From the NCBI RefSeq assembly GCF_037042905.1, contig NC_087245.1, positions 16,556,001-16,620,000 on the forward strand: a stretch of DNA of 64,000 nt. Direction: 5' to 3'. Positions 1 to 12,800 of this stretch are shown piece by piece; positions within the stretch are counted from its first letter, which is position 1, and every line of letters begins with the position of its first letter. The stretch is from Lytechinus pictus. Taxonomy: Eukaryota. The notes beneath the pieces are model-generated. The model did not search any database. It had not been told where the DNA came from and worked only from the letters and a program-made list of their open reading frames with translations. Made by a program: the position numbers and the translations under genes.

Positions 1-3000
1 TCAGTTTGAAATGCACATGTACAAGGGTAAAAAGTTTTAGAAGATTATCAATATCATTACATAACACTCAGAAAACAAAGGCTAGTTAAAATCATCACCA
101 ATAGTCCATTCCTTTAACCTTGAACATTCTTTGCATATTAGTCTGTTACAAATAGAATCTAAAAGATTCATAACTATTTCATTGTCCTTACTTTACAAAG
201 ACACTCATACAGATATAAAACTATAAATATTTGTTATATGTTGTGCTGCACTTGCTTTAAATAGGTGAAAGACTTCAACATTTGTGAAAGAAAACAGTTT
301 AACAGCAGTATCTACTTGAGCCCACCCAGGGGCAAATTACACAAAACATACATATTACTAATACTTTGACTTAGCTATCAATGGTAACTACCATGGTTAC
401 GTCCCTCAACAGCCAATGAAAATCAAGGCTTCAACAGAAGTTACTAGTAACGGCCATCCTTCATTTTTTTAATAGCAGGTATTATGATCAGGCCAAAGGC
501 AGCTAATAAGTGGGGTTACAAATCAAGCCTCTTGTGTTCCAACAACACACAATATAATAAAACTACATTTGTTCACTGATTGCAGATACACATCTGCCCT
601 CCAATACATATATTAATATAATACATTATTAATGTACCAGAATGTTCATCTTATGTATGATACTGAAATCACCATAGAATTTTAAACTATTTTAAAACTA
701 GATATTGATACATTGTAGAAATATTTGTGCATACTTCTGAAGCTTTAAATGGTATGCTTCAAAGTAAAAGATTCAAAGAAATGCTGGTAAATCTATTGTT
801 GACATTTCATTTCAGGTATTCAATTCTAGGGCTATAGTACAGTTTTTTTTTCTGGAGAAAAAAGAATACCAGGCACTTTTGGCTAACAATAAGAAATCAA
901 TAATCCACCTGACTGGGGTGTGTTGTGGACATGGAGGTTACTGGTAAAAGCAACCTACAAATTATAAGAATCCCATGTTCATCTGAAAAAAGAATACCAT
1001 TTGAAATGAAAACTATATCAGGCAATTCCAAAGGAGTGTGGAAATTCTGTTGACCATTCATCACGCCTGCCATTCCCCTTGCCCTTCCTCTCCCAATAGC
1101 CACCCCCCCCCCCTCCCCCCACACACAAATGTGTGGAATTCTTGAATACATCATTATGTAAGTAGAAATTGTGTCACCATCAGGAATACAAATACAGTAT
1201 AAATCTATACAATGTAATATCAGCATTATAATCAGTACTATTTATATGGTGAATACAAATGGAATACATTGCATCAAACAAGCTGCATTTGTAGTGAAAG
1301 AACTATGCATGGGCAATTCCAAGAAAAAAAAACCCTTTTGCATGACCAACCTTCATTTCCCACTTTTTCCCCCATTTTGACTTGGTAAACAACTTAAACA
1401 CGAGAGTAAAAAGAGCCCTATATCTGTCATACAAAACAGACCTAAAAAAAAATGGAGATGATTTTGCCCCAAATCAGGAAATGACCAACACTTCACATAA
1501 GAGTAGATACTATTCAAATACTCCAAACCCCTTGAAGAGCTCATAACAGTAATAACCTATTTTGTCCTCAATATCCAGGATCATTTGTAGGACTGGAGAA
1601 ACAAGAAAAAACTGAGAAATCGTTACAATCATTTTAGGAAGTTCCCACACATAGGATGTCCAACATAAATTTTATGGAGTTGGCCGTATATAATGAATAC
1701 AATAATGAGTGGATAATTTAGAATCATGATTTTTCAGTCCATAGTGAATAAATTAATACATGTAGTCTGAATACAGGTGCAATTTATATGGATGAATACT
1801 TGCATCAAAAATGAAAGACAAACTGATGATAAATATCTAATACAAAACTTTCAAGCTCTTGAAAGAGATTGATTTGTTGAACAGAATTAATTTCTTCCTT
1901 CAGGATCTTTAAATTGAGTCTTTAGGATACCATAATCCCTTACATCTATGAATGAGATCATCTACAGCATATATCTGATTTTGGTATGATGCACTGAAAG
2001 TACTTTAATAATCACAGAAAATAATTGTACCCAAAATTTCAAAATTGGGGATCAGTAATAACTAATGGTTTGTTTTCAAATGAAATCATACATTATGACA
2101 TCAGTGAGCAATAAGCACTTAAATTCATTTAAATTGCAGACTTTTGCAGTAGTTGATTCCTCACTGCATTATAATTTGATTGCCAATATACTCATATTAG
2201 AAGCATATTCTATTCAACATGATCATTCATATACCAGTACATGAGTAATATGACTATTTTATTTAGAATTATAAAAAATTGTCAAAATTATCAACTAACC
2301 AAATATACAAATATCATCCTCAATTGAATATAAAAAGACATTTTTATTTGAACCCAAAATACTGAGGCACACAAATCTGTCTCATAAAATATTGCCTTCA
2401 ATTATTCCTAATTCCTTTTGTGAAATAAAATTTCTAGAAAAGTTGTATTACAAAAGTACCCTGCTATATATTTCAATTATAAAAAAATATACAGGCTAAA
2501 ACTTTCAATTGAAAAATATGTTCACAAAATATAATTTGCTTGAGCTCTAACAATAACAATACCTGTCGCTCGCGAAAACCGACTATTCCACGTACAAAGT
2601 GTAAGATATTTATAAGAAATGGACTAATATCACCTGGATGTTGTGCATGTGATAGCATGTATACAACAAAAATATACAGAAACCATGGAAATACTTCAAT
2701 AATGGAATGACCTTGGAGGAAAATTTGAAAGATAGAGATTAAAAACAAAACATAAAAAAAACAGTGTTGCTAGCATCCTCAAAATTTGAAAAGCAGGATG
2801 CTTACATTTAATAAAAATTTCAATGAATGAAGAAAAAAAAACATGCATGGCTTCATTCATCCTCTAGATATAACTTGATGCCATTACTATAAAAAAAAGA
2901 AATCAGTACTGAATAGCGATTTATCACAGTACATACGAGAAGCCAAGGTTCAACGTGATTAAGGCACTATCTATCACAAATACATCTATAAAAGTACATC

Positions 3001-3501
3001 AGTTATTTAAAATAGGCCTCTTGTATATATAATATTTCTACTGACAAATAGTACTGGGTGTGACATGTGCTTTGAATCATAATGAAAATGAAATAAAGCC
3101 ACTTGCAATTCTTGCACACACTAACTAAGATCAGACCTTTGACTCATATTCTTTCAGTCTATATAAAGCCAAGTATACATGTAGTACAGACCAAGCAAAA
3201 CAAAATTATTTTTAAATAAGATTGGATGCTTGTTAATCATATCTCCTATAAAGTAGAACAAATTGGTGTAAAATTGCTGCACCATAGTAGGACTATTAAA
3301 TTCCTGCTCACACAAACTCAAATATAATTAGCTTTATCCATAATAGTGTGGCCGATGATTAAGGCTATTATAGAACAAATTCATCGAGAATGTTACAGCT
3401 CTGCAACATTTTGAAACAAAATAACACATCTGCAATTGCGGCTATATACTATTTTTTTCAAACCTGTTGCATTTGCATATGAGTAAATTTGAAATGAAAT
3501 G
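1..3501 (-). other. probable 3' UTR / downstream region (end not determinable)
   Basis: AT-rich sequence after the stop with few repeats; minus-strand AATAAA candidates near 2258-2263 and 2343-2348. Confidence 0.4.
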
Positions 3502-3891
3502 TTAGTCTTGACCTTCGTTGTCTACCAGACCCCGTTCATCATTCCCCGAGTTTGGGGGATCAAGATGTACATCGTCGACCCTCTCCCCATGCGCTGCCTC
3601 AGGACTGTAGGCTGGGGGAGGTTCAGGCATGTGGGCATGGGGCATGGCTGGGGGCGGCATCCCGACTGTCTGGTAGTAGTTCGGTATAGGTTGGTTTGGA
3701 TAGAGACTGGTATACATGGCTAGTTTCTCAGCGTCGGTCATGTCTTTCTCCGGTAGAGCTCCTGCTCCCAGATCCTCGTCTCCTGGTAGACCGGTCTTCT
3801 CTGGTCCGGGCTGGGCCGGGCCTCCTGCGGCACCCACAGGTGGTATGAAGCCAGGATTATCATAGGTAGTGGGTCCGGGGTTGAATGTGTT
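3502..3891 (-). CDS. LRP2: last coding exon: cytoplasmic tail
   Basis: [18 protein letters not shown]...[10 protein letters not shown]...[12 protein letters not shown] then TAA; GC-rich against background. Confidence 0.88.
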   Translation of the reverse strand, partial: NTFNPGPTTYDNPGFIPPVGAAGGPAQPGPEKTGLPGDEDLGAGALPEKDMTDAEKLAMYTSLYPNQPIPNYYQTVGMPPPAMPHAHMPEPPPAYSPEAAHGERVDDVHLDPPNSGNDERGLVDNEGQD

Positions 3892-6800
3892 CTGAAATCA
3901 TACAATAATGTAATCAATGTTGAAATTATTTGAATAACTCCAGTAATAAATATCAATTGAAATAGCTAAAAGATCAATGAAATAAATTCCAACTAATGAA
4001 AATAATTAGTTCAAGCCTTACACCTATTCAATCAACATGATTGTATTCTTCAAATTTGCAAACTTAGTTATGTTTTCTTTTGTGGCTACAGATCTTTTTA
4101 AAGACCTAAACGTATGTATGAAAAATATATACATATTTAGAGAAATAAACATTCAACTGAAGTTATAAATTCATTAATTACAAGGAAAACAAAACATTTT
4201 GTTGATTTATGAATGAAAAATATACTTTTTGATGATTAACATAAAATAATGATTACATACATGTATATATAAATGTGTGAATGACCTAATGAAAAGAAGG
4301 AATGATTAAAATAGGAGAAAGGATTTGATACACAGACAATCAATGAATACAAGTATTTTCATGAAGAGACGGTAGGACCAAATGAATGACTAAATGGGGT
4401 AATGCATGTTTTTCAAATATCAACCAATCAAATGAAAAGCAAAAGAAGAACATCATAAAGGAGATGGAATCGATGGACAAATCACTGAAGGAAACAAAGT
4501 AAATGGCTAAATGAATGAATGTATGAAAGAATGAGTGAATAAAATAAATGATTCCTACCTCATTGTAAACAGGATTTGATGCAGCTGGTATATTATTACT
4601 AGGGAATCTCTGGGGATCCAAGTGTACATTGGTGTTGCCGTTATTGTAGGAAACCTCTGCACCAGTTTCTCTCTTGGATTTTACTCTGAAAAAGAAACAC
4701 ATAAAAATAAGAGACTTTTAAGAATAATTATTCCCTAATATACAAAGAACAATTGGTGGTGGTGAAGGGGAAGGGGTGTTTCATAAATGTTTAAATCACA
4801 ATATCCTTTTAAGGACGATTTTCAAAATTTCAAAATTCAATGATTCTTGCAGATTTTCAATGTATTCTAGAAACCATCCAATACAGGCATGACTATTGAA
4901 TGGTGAAATCAAAGAAATTATATTCATAATTAGGAACATAGGAATTATTCATCTGTACCATTTATCAAGAAATTTTAGCAGAAAAATTATCCAATAGTTC
5001 AGGGTACATAACACAAAGCGAGGTGATTGATCAGAGAGATGGTTTTATGATTGAATTCATCACTATTTAAAATCATGACTATGATTGATTGCTAAGTTTT
5101 GTATGACAGGACCCAGCTTATACTCACCTTCGTTTGCGAACATAGAGAAAAAGGAGAATAATCAGGACAATGATGATGACGAACAAGGTTATTGGTAAAC
5201 CGATTAGGAGGTTTCGGTGCAAATCACTTTGCTCTAATCAATAGAAGAGAAAGAATAAAAATCTAGGTCAGAAACTGAATTTCTTTAGTATATGATTGTG
5301 CAATCGGCTTAAGAAAATGAATGAGTATTAATCTTTCCATAAACGCTGCAATTCATATTTCACTCCTTTCTTCAAAATGCTAACCAATTATCAAACCAGA
5401 AGCAAAAAAAAATCTTGAAGTCTCATTGCATTATACAATTATACTCTGATCATCATTGATTTTAAACTGTACTCTAAAAATTAATTTTGTGAAATTGTAG
5501 ATGAACCTGCAGACAGTACATGTTACTACTAGATAAAACATCAACAAGCAGCCCAAGAGGGGGGGAGTTTAATTCCACTGTAGAGTGGACAGCATCTGCG
5601 AGAAATAAAACATGGAAAAGGGGAGGGGGGGGTAGGCGCGGAATGCAAACAGAGTGTCAAAAACGCAAAATATCTAAAAGCTCCTCAAATCGACATAATC
5701 TTAACCAGGAAAAGGGTTATTCCCCAAGCACAGGACCTACTGTATAACAGACCCATGAATGGAAAACCCTGTATGCAAATTAATAAAAAGCCCTACAAAA
5801 TATCAAAATTTTGAAATAGAATCCATTACCCTACATCTCAAACCTGAACCAAAGTCCCCAATACAATGCATACAGTGCATAGTCCTTAAATGAAAATGGA
5901 ATATCCTGGTTAAGGCAAAGACACTACAAGGGCAAGACCGGATACTTCAGCAATTTTTTTGAAACGCTCGATTTCGCTCATGGGGGTAAATCATGGCACA
6001 TCGGCACGCAGCCGTGTATAAAACATATGGGGAAAATGAGAAGGGATTTGGGAGAGGAAACAAAGGCGGCGCATGTGAATATTCCAAGTGACCTCCCCCC
6101 CCCCCCCCCGACATACATGTACATGCATGACATTCAACTCCCATACAGAATGAGTGATATTCTGTGACTTGATGTCAAATAAACTTGGAATACAAAAAAG
6201 TGTGCAAAAATTTAAATATCATAAATTGACGACTCACGTTGTGCAGAAGTCGTGCAAAATTCACCTCCCAGGCCATTTGGACATCTGTATGAAAAGAATA
6301 GTATTGATGTAGACAAATAATAAATCTTGGCCACATGATATAAAGCTTAGCAAATGATCATACAACTGATATTGATACTTGGTTGCATATATGATAATAA
6401 TAGACATTTTATATAGTGCCATCTATCTAGAAATATTTTATTCCGAGGCACATTGTTATTCTTATTATTACCCCGGCTTTAGCTAAAGCTGCATACAGTA
6501 CTAATATTCCAATAAGATTTGTAACAAATGACAAAATTAAGATCTCCAATGAGACATTCAAATGATTGATAAGTCTGATGAAGGAGTCTGTGCCAGATAT
6601 TTGCTGCCATAAAAATACGATAGATCATCACTGCCATCTGCATAACCATTATTTATATGTTTAATATCATAAAATCACATCAACATGTTATCACAGAATT
6701 TTTTTTTCGAAACTGGTAAGCACCTTTAAATGGGAAGTTCATCCTTGCGAAAAGATTGTTGCAAAAATAGCAGTAAAAAATATACAAAAAAATTGATGAA

Positions 6801-9800
6801 GGTTTGAGGATTATTATTTTTAATCATTTTTTCTGCAATTTTAACTACAAGCTTTTTGTCAGGGTGAATTTCCCCTTTAAACATTAATGAATTATCACTG
6901 GTGTAAAGACTTTCAGTTGCAACAATAACTTAACTTTATCAGCCAAATAGCTCTCTTGAGGAACACAATTTATCATGAATTCAATGATGGCTGCCAAAGT
7001 AAATTTTCAATGCACACTCGCACAATGAAGACACACATACATATGGGAGAGGAAATTAGAGTCTTGTACTTAGTCAATTATGTAGTGAGAAATAGCAGGC
7101 TACATTCATTAACATAGCTGGTCATAGGCTCCCTTTACAGAACCTTGTTAACCAACAACTTCCTCTTCGGTACAGTAAAGTAAGCATCTTCCTTTGTAGT
7201 ACAATGTATCTATCTGAGTCTAGGCGAATTTACACTCCTCTTTAGAATCAGTACTCAGTAATATAAAGGGACATAATCAGTACTGACAACTGAACCTCCC
7301 CAGGGAGTGAAGAAAGTGCACAAATTGTGTGCGGGCAAACCAGAATCTTATGATGGCCTAATCTGTAGAGCAAGAGATATTCCTTTTATTATTATTATTA
7401 TTATTGTAGTGGTATTTTGCATACACTTTACCGTAGACATGCAGACCTACATGCCATTGTACAATAGATAACATCTTTTGTATTACGGGACCCAGGCCTT
7501 ATTTAAAGTTTTGAAGCCTAAACTAATAACTCGAACAGACTTGTGAAACTTGGACACTGTTCTCATTACAAACCAAAAAAAAATTGTTTACTAGCGTTCC
7601 CATTTGATCAACCGAAAGGGGTTTTCAAAACCACTTCATGGAAAGCGATCTTGTTGCTATGGGAATGCTCTCAGTTTCGCGCAAGATTTGGAACCACAGC
7701 GTAGGCTTTCTCCACACAACATGTGCAAAGATCGCTTCCCGAAGAACAGCTGTGTCCTCAATTACGCTAAAACCAGTTTAATGATGCAAAGCAATCTTGA
7801 AAACTACATTTCAAGGTGGTTTTCTGAACCAGTTTGGAAGATCGCTTCCAAGACCGCTTCGGCCGTTCTCATTACGTATTACACTAATATCCACTAAACT
7901 AGTTTTAGGACGCTAATGAGAACGGGTCTGAGTCTGATCCCAGTGTCCTAGCCAAAGAAGTTTTAGGATTTTGGTAGCTTGATTATCAAAGTTGATATAT
8001 TTCTTTAAACTTATACCCCAAACCAGAATTATAATATGAATGTAGTTTTGTACTTACCTGCATGTGCCATCAGCTAAGCATACACCACCATTTCTACAAT
8101 TACAACCTATATAGTGAGAGAGAGAAGGAGAGAGAGACAGAGAACGGGAAGGCACATGGGGATGAGCAATGGATGGAAACAGAGGGAACCAGAGAGTAAA
8201 AAAAATAAGTTATATAGGGAGATAGAGAGGGAAAGAGAAAGAAAAGAGGGAAATGGGAGGAAGAAAAAAGAAAGAAAAAGGAAGAAAAGGAGTAACAAAA
8301 CAATAAAACAAAGAAGGAAACCAAGTAAATGACATGTGTATTATATACATGTAGGTGTAGTGTTTATATCAGACGGACAGAAACTTGATACTATCAAAAG
8401 TTGATTCCATATTTAAATTTTTAAACATTTCATATATGTATTACAGTACAGAACACCTTTAAATTTGGTTCACAAAATGAAATCATGATTATTTCATGGA
8501 TGAAGATAAAAAATTCTATAGTTTCTTTTTAATATGAACTGATCAAACAAATAACTACAGTAACAGTAATTTCAATGACTTGTCAAGTCCACTGTAACAA
8601 TTTCTACAGTAATGTTAAATATTCTTGAGAAGCATTAAAGGTCAAGTTCATTCTCATTTTTTTTTCATTATCTTAAATTTCAAACATTCCAATAAAGAGT
8701 TGATAAATGAAGGGTCTCCAGTACATTACAAACATGAGATAAACAGAGATGTATCATAAAGAGATAACTTGTGCATGGTAAGTCAGTTGATTAATTACAC
8801 AATCAATCAGTCGAAGGTATAATGCAGTACTTACCTTCATCACATGATGATACAGTACCCTCCCCAGAAGGATTGGGTTGTAATAGACAAAGATCTCTAC
8901 ATCGTTTACCACTACATGGATTGTAAACTGTAAAGATAGAAAGAGAAGAAGAAAATTAATTTCATACCCTTCAGAGATGACAGCATCAAAATTAAGCCTT
9001 AAACAACACTTGTTTGAAATTCCTATAGGCTTTGCACAGGAAGAATCTGGTTCCTGAATGAAAAGGGTTTATTTTTAGACAATGCCTTAGCAAAGTGTAA
9101 AATCTTTGAAAAGAAAACCCTACATGTAATAGTTTAACCCTAAATAGACTGGGCTATTTCGACACCTAAGAAGACGGGGGAGGGGGGGGGGGGCTGAATC
9201 AGCCTTATGATCTCGGCCGTCGATCGAGCGATCCTGACGAAAATTGGCACGTGCGTTACCCATGGCATTATCTACAAAACTATAGTATCAAATTCTGCGA
9301 AAAATCTCTCATTAATTTTGCTAATTTATGAGTAAAATCATAAGTTAGCTATAATTAACAAAATAATGCCCCTAAAATGCTAATTTTTGTTTCACATACT
9401 CTTTATAGGCATCTGATCAAATTCCTTTTAAAAAAAATGTCAACATCACATTTATTTTCTTATGTATTTTAATGTTTTCTTAATTTCCTATGTATTTCAA
9501 TGTTTTTTGAATTTTTGTTTTTTATTGTTTTTTCAATGGAAATTGTCGGGGACTTTGTTTTGACCATAAACAAGATAGAATTAATCGATTTTAAGGAAAA
9601 AATGATACATTTTATGAATTTTGGCTAAAAACACTATTTGCATTGGATTTGTACACAAATTCATGTTTTTTTTAGCAATTTTGGGTTTGCATGCACTTAC
9701 GAAATGTTGCATTATTTCGGAACCGCGTACCCGGGGGTCACAATTTTGGTCTCAAAAGTTGCGCAAGATTTGAAAGTAAAAAGTCAGTGAGCGACGCGGT

Positions 9801-12800
9801 CAAAAAAATTCGCACGGCGGATTTATCGCGAACAGTGTCGAGGGGGGGGGGGGCTGAATCAGCCCCACCCCCCAATATTCTTAGGGTTAAAGCCACAAAA
9901 CGGTGACACAGCATTTGCTCTGGTGACAATTGTTCTGCTCTAAATTCCACATACTATTGGAATGACCACTTCAACCCTGGGTTTAACAATATACCGGTAC
10001 CCTATCCTAAAACTAACATAAAACCCTATTGCAACCCTAACCCTAGCCCTACATCTTAAGACGAAATTATGTCTGGAGCAATTGTTGCAGGAGCAAATGC
10101 TGTGTCACCGTTTCACTATGTTATGTGTGACTTAAAGTCATGCTTAAGTATAGTACTGCGCGCATTTGACATTGAGCATGCAATCTCATTGATTGATATG
10201 CAATAACGTTCCCTGACCATTAATTAACCATTGCTGTTATATGTTTCATACCGGGTGCAACTGGGAATATAAGTACGAATTTAAGCCACATTTAAATCTT
10301 TGTGAAGCACCTCCCCTCCCCCCATGATAATTCCATAAGAATTATAAAGTATGTGAAAAATAATATGAGCGCATTGGTGACCAAGCATGACTTAATTGTG
10401 ATGATCATTGCTAGATACAGGCAGACTGCATGGTTAGATAATAATATGTAACAAGGCCTTTTAAAATGTACTCACTGTTTTGGGGATATCTATTGAACTG
10501 GAACATCTTGAGTCCAGCGGGGTTGGTCAAGAGGCGGACTTCGGTCAGATTCTTGGAAGGGTTCAATCGATTGGCCTTGATGACCTCTCCTCTGGTACTG
10601 GCCGTCCAGTAGAATTGATCTTCAAATACCTCCACATGGAATGGATTAAACATCGCTGAGTGAGAGGTGGATATTAAAACAAATGAATAAATGAAAATTT
10701 TCAGACGATTTCCTCATCAGCAAATACAGCTGGCTATTAAAATGAATGCTATTCATGTTTCAATTATTATTTTTGCTTGTCATTGATTCATAGTTAATAT
10801 CATTTCCACAGCAAACTAACTGACACACATACAAACACACAATGTACACGCAACAAATCTTATACTGAATCTCTTAAAGTGATATTTGTTTTGGCTGGTT
10901 TTTTAAATGTTAACAACTTTTTTGATAACCAATGAAAAGGTGGCGCTGGTATTGGGGTGAATTTTGACCCATATGTATTCAGTGCATATAGAGCATTCTC
11001 AGTAAAGCCCAAAAAGAGCTAATAAACTGATACAGCAATGAAAGCTCAAAATTGTACGAGCATAAAGCAAGCAGATTGTGCAAAACAAATTGCACAAAAT
11101 CAATTATATCAGAAACAGGTGAAATGCCTCTGGCAGTCTCGCCTGCATTACGCAATTCGATATAGCAGCAGTGCTTCCTTTGAAAAACAGCTAATGAATA
11201 ATTATTCACAGAAGAACACATCAATAAGATAATAAAATATTATGTCCATTGAAACATAATGACCTTTGACCATGATCATGTGATCGAAGGATTGTGCAAA
11301 ACTATCATTCATACTTGATTACCCTTATGTGGATGTTTCATGAGCAAGTACCATAAACTTCCTAAGTTATGAAGCCAATTCAACACATACTCCCAACACA
11401 GCCAGAGTTCATTGACCTTTGACCTTGGCCATGTTCCTGAAACACACACAGGGTATTCAGGGATACATTGCTGCTCTTATGTCCAAGTTTCATGAACTAA
11501 ATCCATAGACTTTTAAAGTTATGATGACAATTCCACAAATACCCCCAACATTACCAAAGTTTGTTGACCCTAAATGACCTTTGACCTTGGTCATGTGACC
11601 TAAAATTACAACAGGATGTTCAAGGATACTTGATTGCTCTTATGTCCAAGTTTCATGAACTAGAACCATAAAATTATAAAGTTATGATGACAATTCCTCA
11701 AATACCCCCAATATGGCCAAAGTTCGTTGACCCTAAGTGACCTTTGACCTTGGTCATGTAACCTGAAACTCGCACATGATATTTAGGGATACATGGTTGA
11801 CCGTTGCTCTTATGTCCAAGTTTTATGAACTAGGTCCATATACTTTCTAAGTTATGATGACATTTCAAAAACTTAACCTTGGTTAAGATTTCAATGTTGA
11901 TGACGCCGCCGTCGCCGCCACCGTCGGAAAAGCGGCGCCTATAGTCTCGCTCTGCTATGCAGGTGAGACAAAAAATGAAGTATGTCAAGGTCGGACATAG
12001 GCTTGGAAAAAATAAAATAATAGTTTACACTCTTCCTATCAAAATGGGAATCCCATCCTTTGTAATGAAGCGATTTATGTGCAAGAAGAAAAATATTAAA
12101 GAATATGGACTTTCAATTCAACATATAATCTCTCGAAATTGAAAGTTACGAATTGCACATAGGAAGGAGGAAACAGCTTCAATACACATGATTTAGGTGA
12201 ATAACTGAAAAGAATAATCTGCAACTTATTCATATCAAATTTTTTTCTATATAACCCATATTAAAAAAAGAATGGTACATACTGTCCGTAATGTACTATT
12301 ATTTCTCATAACATTATAAATTACTTAAAAAAATGATAGAGCAATAAAACAAAAATGCATATTGTATTCATCATATATTTTTAATAAGATCCTTAAACTG
12401 AAAACATTTTGTGGATAAAAATCTCTAAAATTCAAGACTTCAAGCACCTGTTGATAATATGCATCATCTTCATTGACAGTGAAGAACTGGTGTATCAGGT
12501 AAACCAGTTTAATTGTGCACTGGTCAGCTAAAAGGCAGCAAAGAACATTTTAATAATGTGGAATGTTCAATAAGACAGAAAGAGAGAAAAGCATGTAAAC
12601 AAGTATATGCAATGTTTTCTGAAGCACCAAGAAAATAAAACTAAATTCAACTTCATACACAGGCACTCTTTTTGCAGATGCGATCTTATCCATACAAAAT
12701 ACTACTAAAGAAGGATATATTATAAGTACCCCATCTATGAATAGCCATAATCAATCACTAATGCAGGTTTCAACCAGATGATAATAATGTGATTTACAGT

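Noticed and set aside
8100..8332. Arg/Lys/Glu-rich and Phe/Leu/Ser-rich ORFs
   Set aside because: Artefact of the GA-rich tract.
10030..10050. Interstitial telomeric repeat (AACCCT)
   Set aside because: Only 2-3 degenerate units, internal to a MITE.
11250..11900. CRISPR-like regularly spaced repeats
   Set aside because: Whole units are similar to each other, with no unique spacers; eukaryotic intron context and no cas genes.
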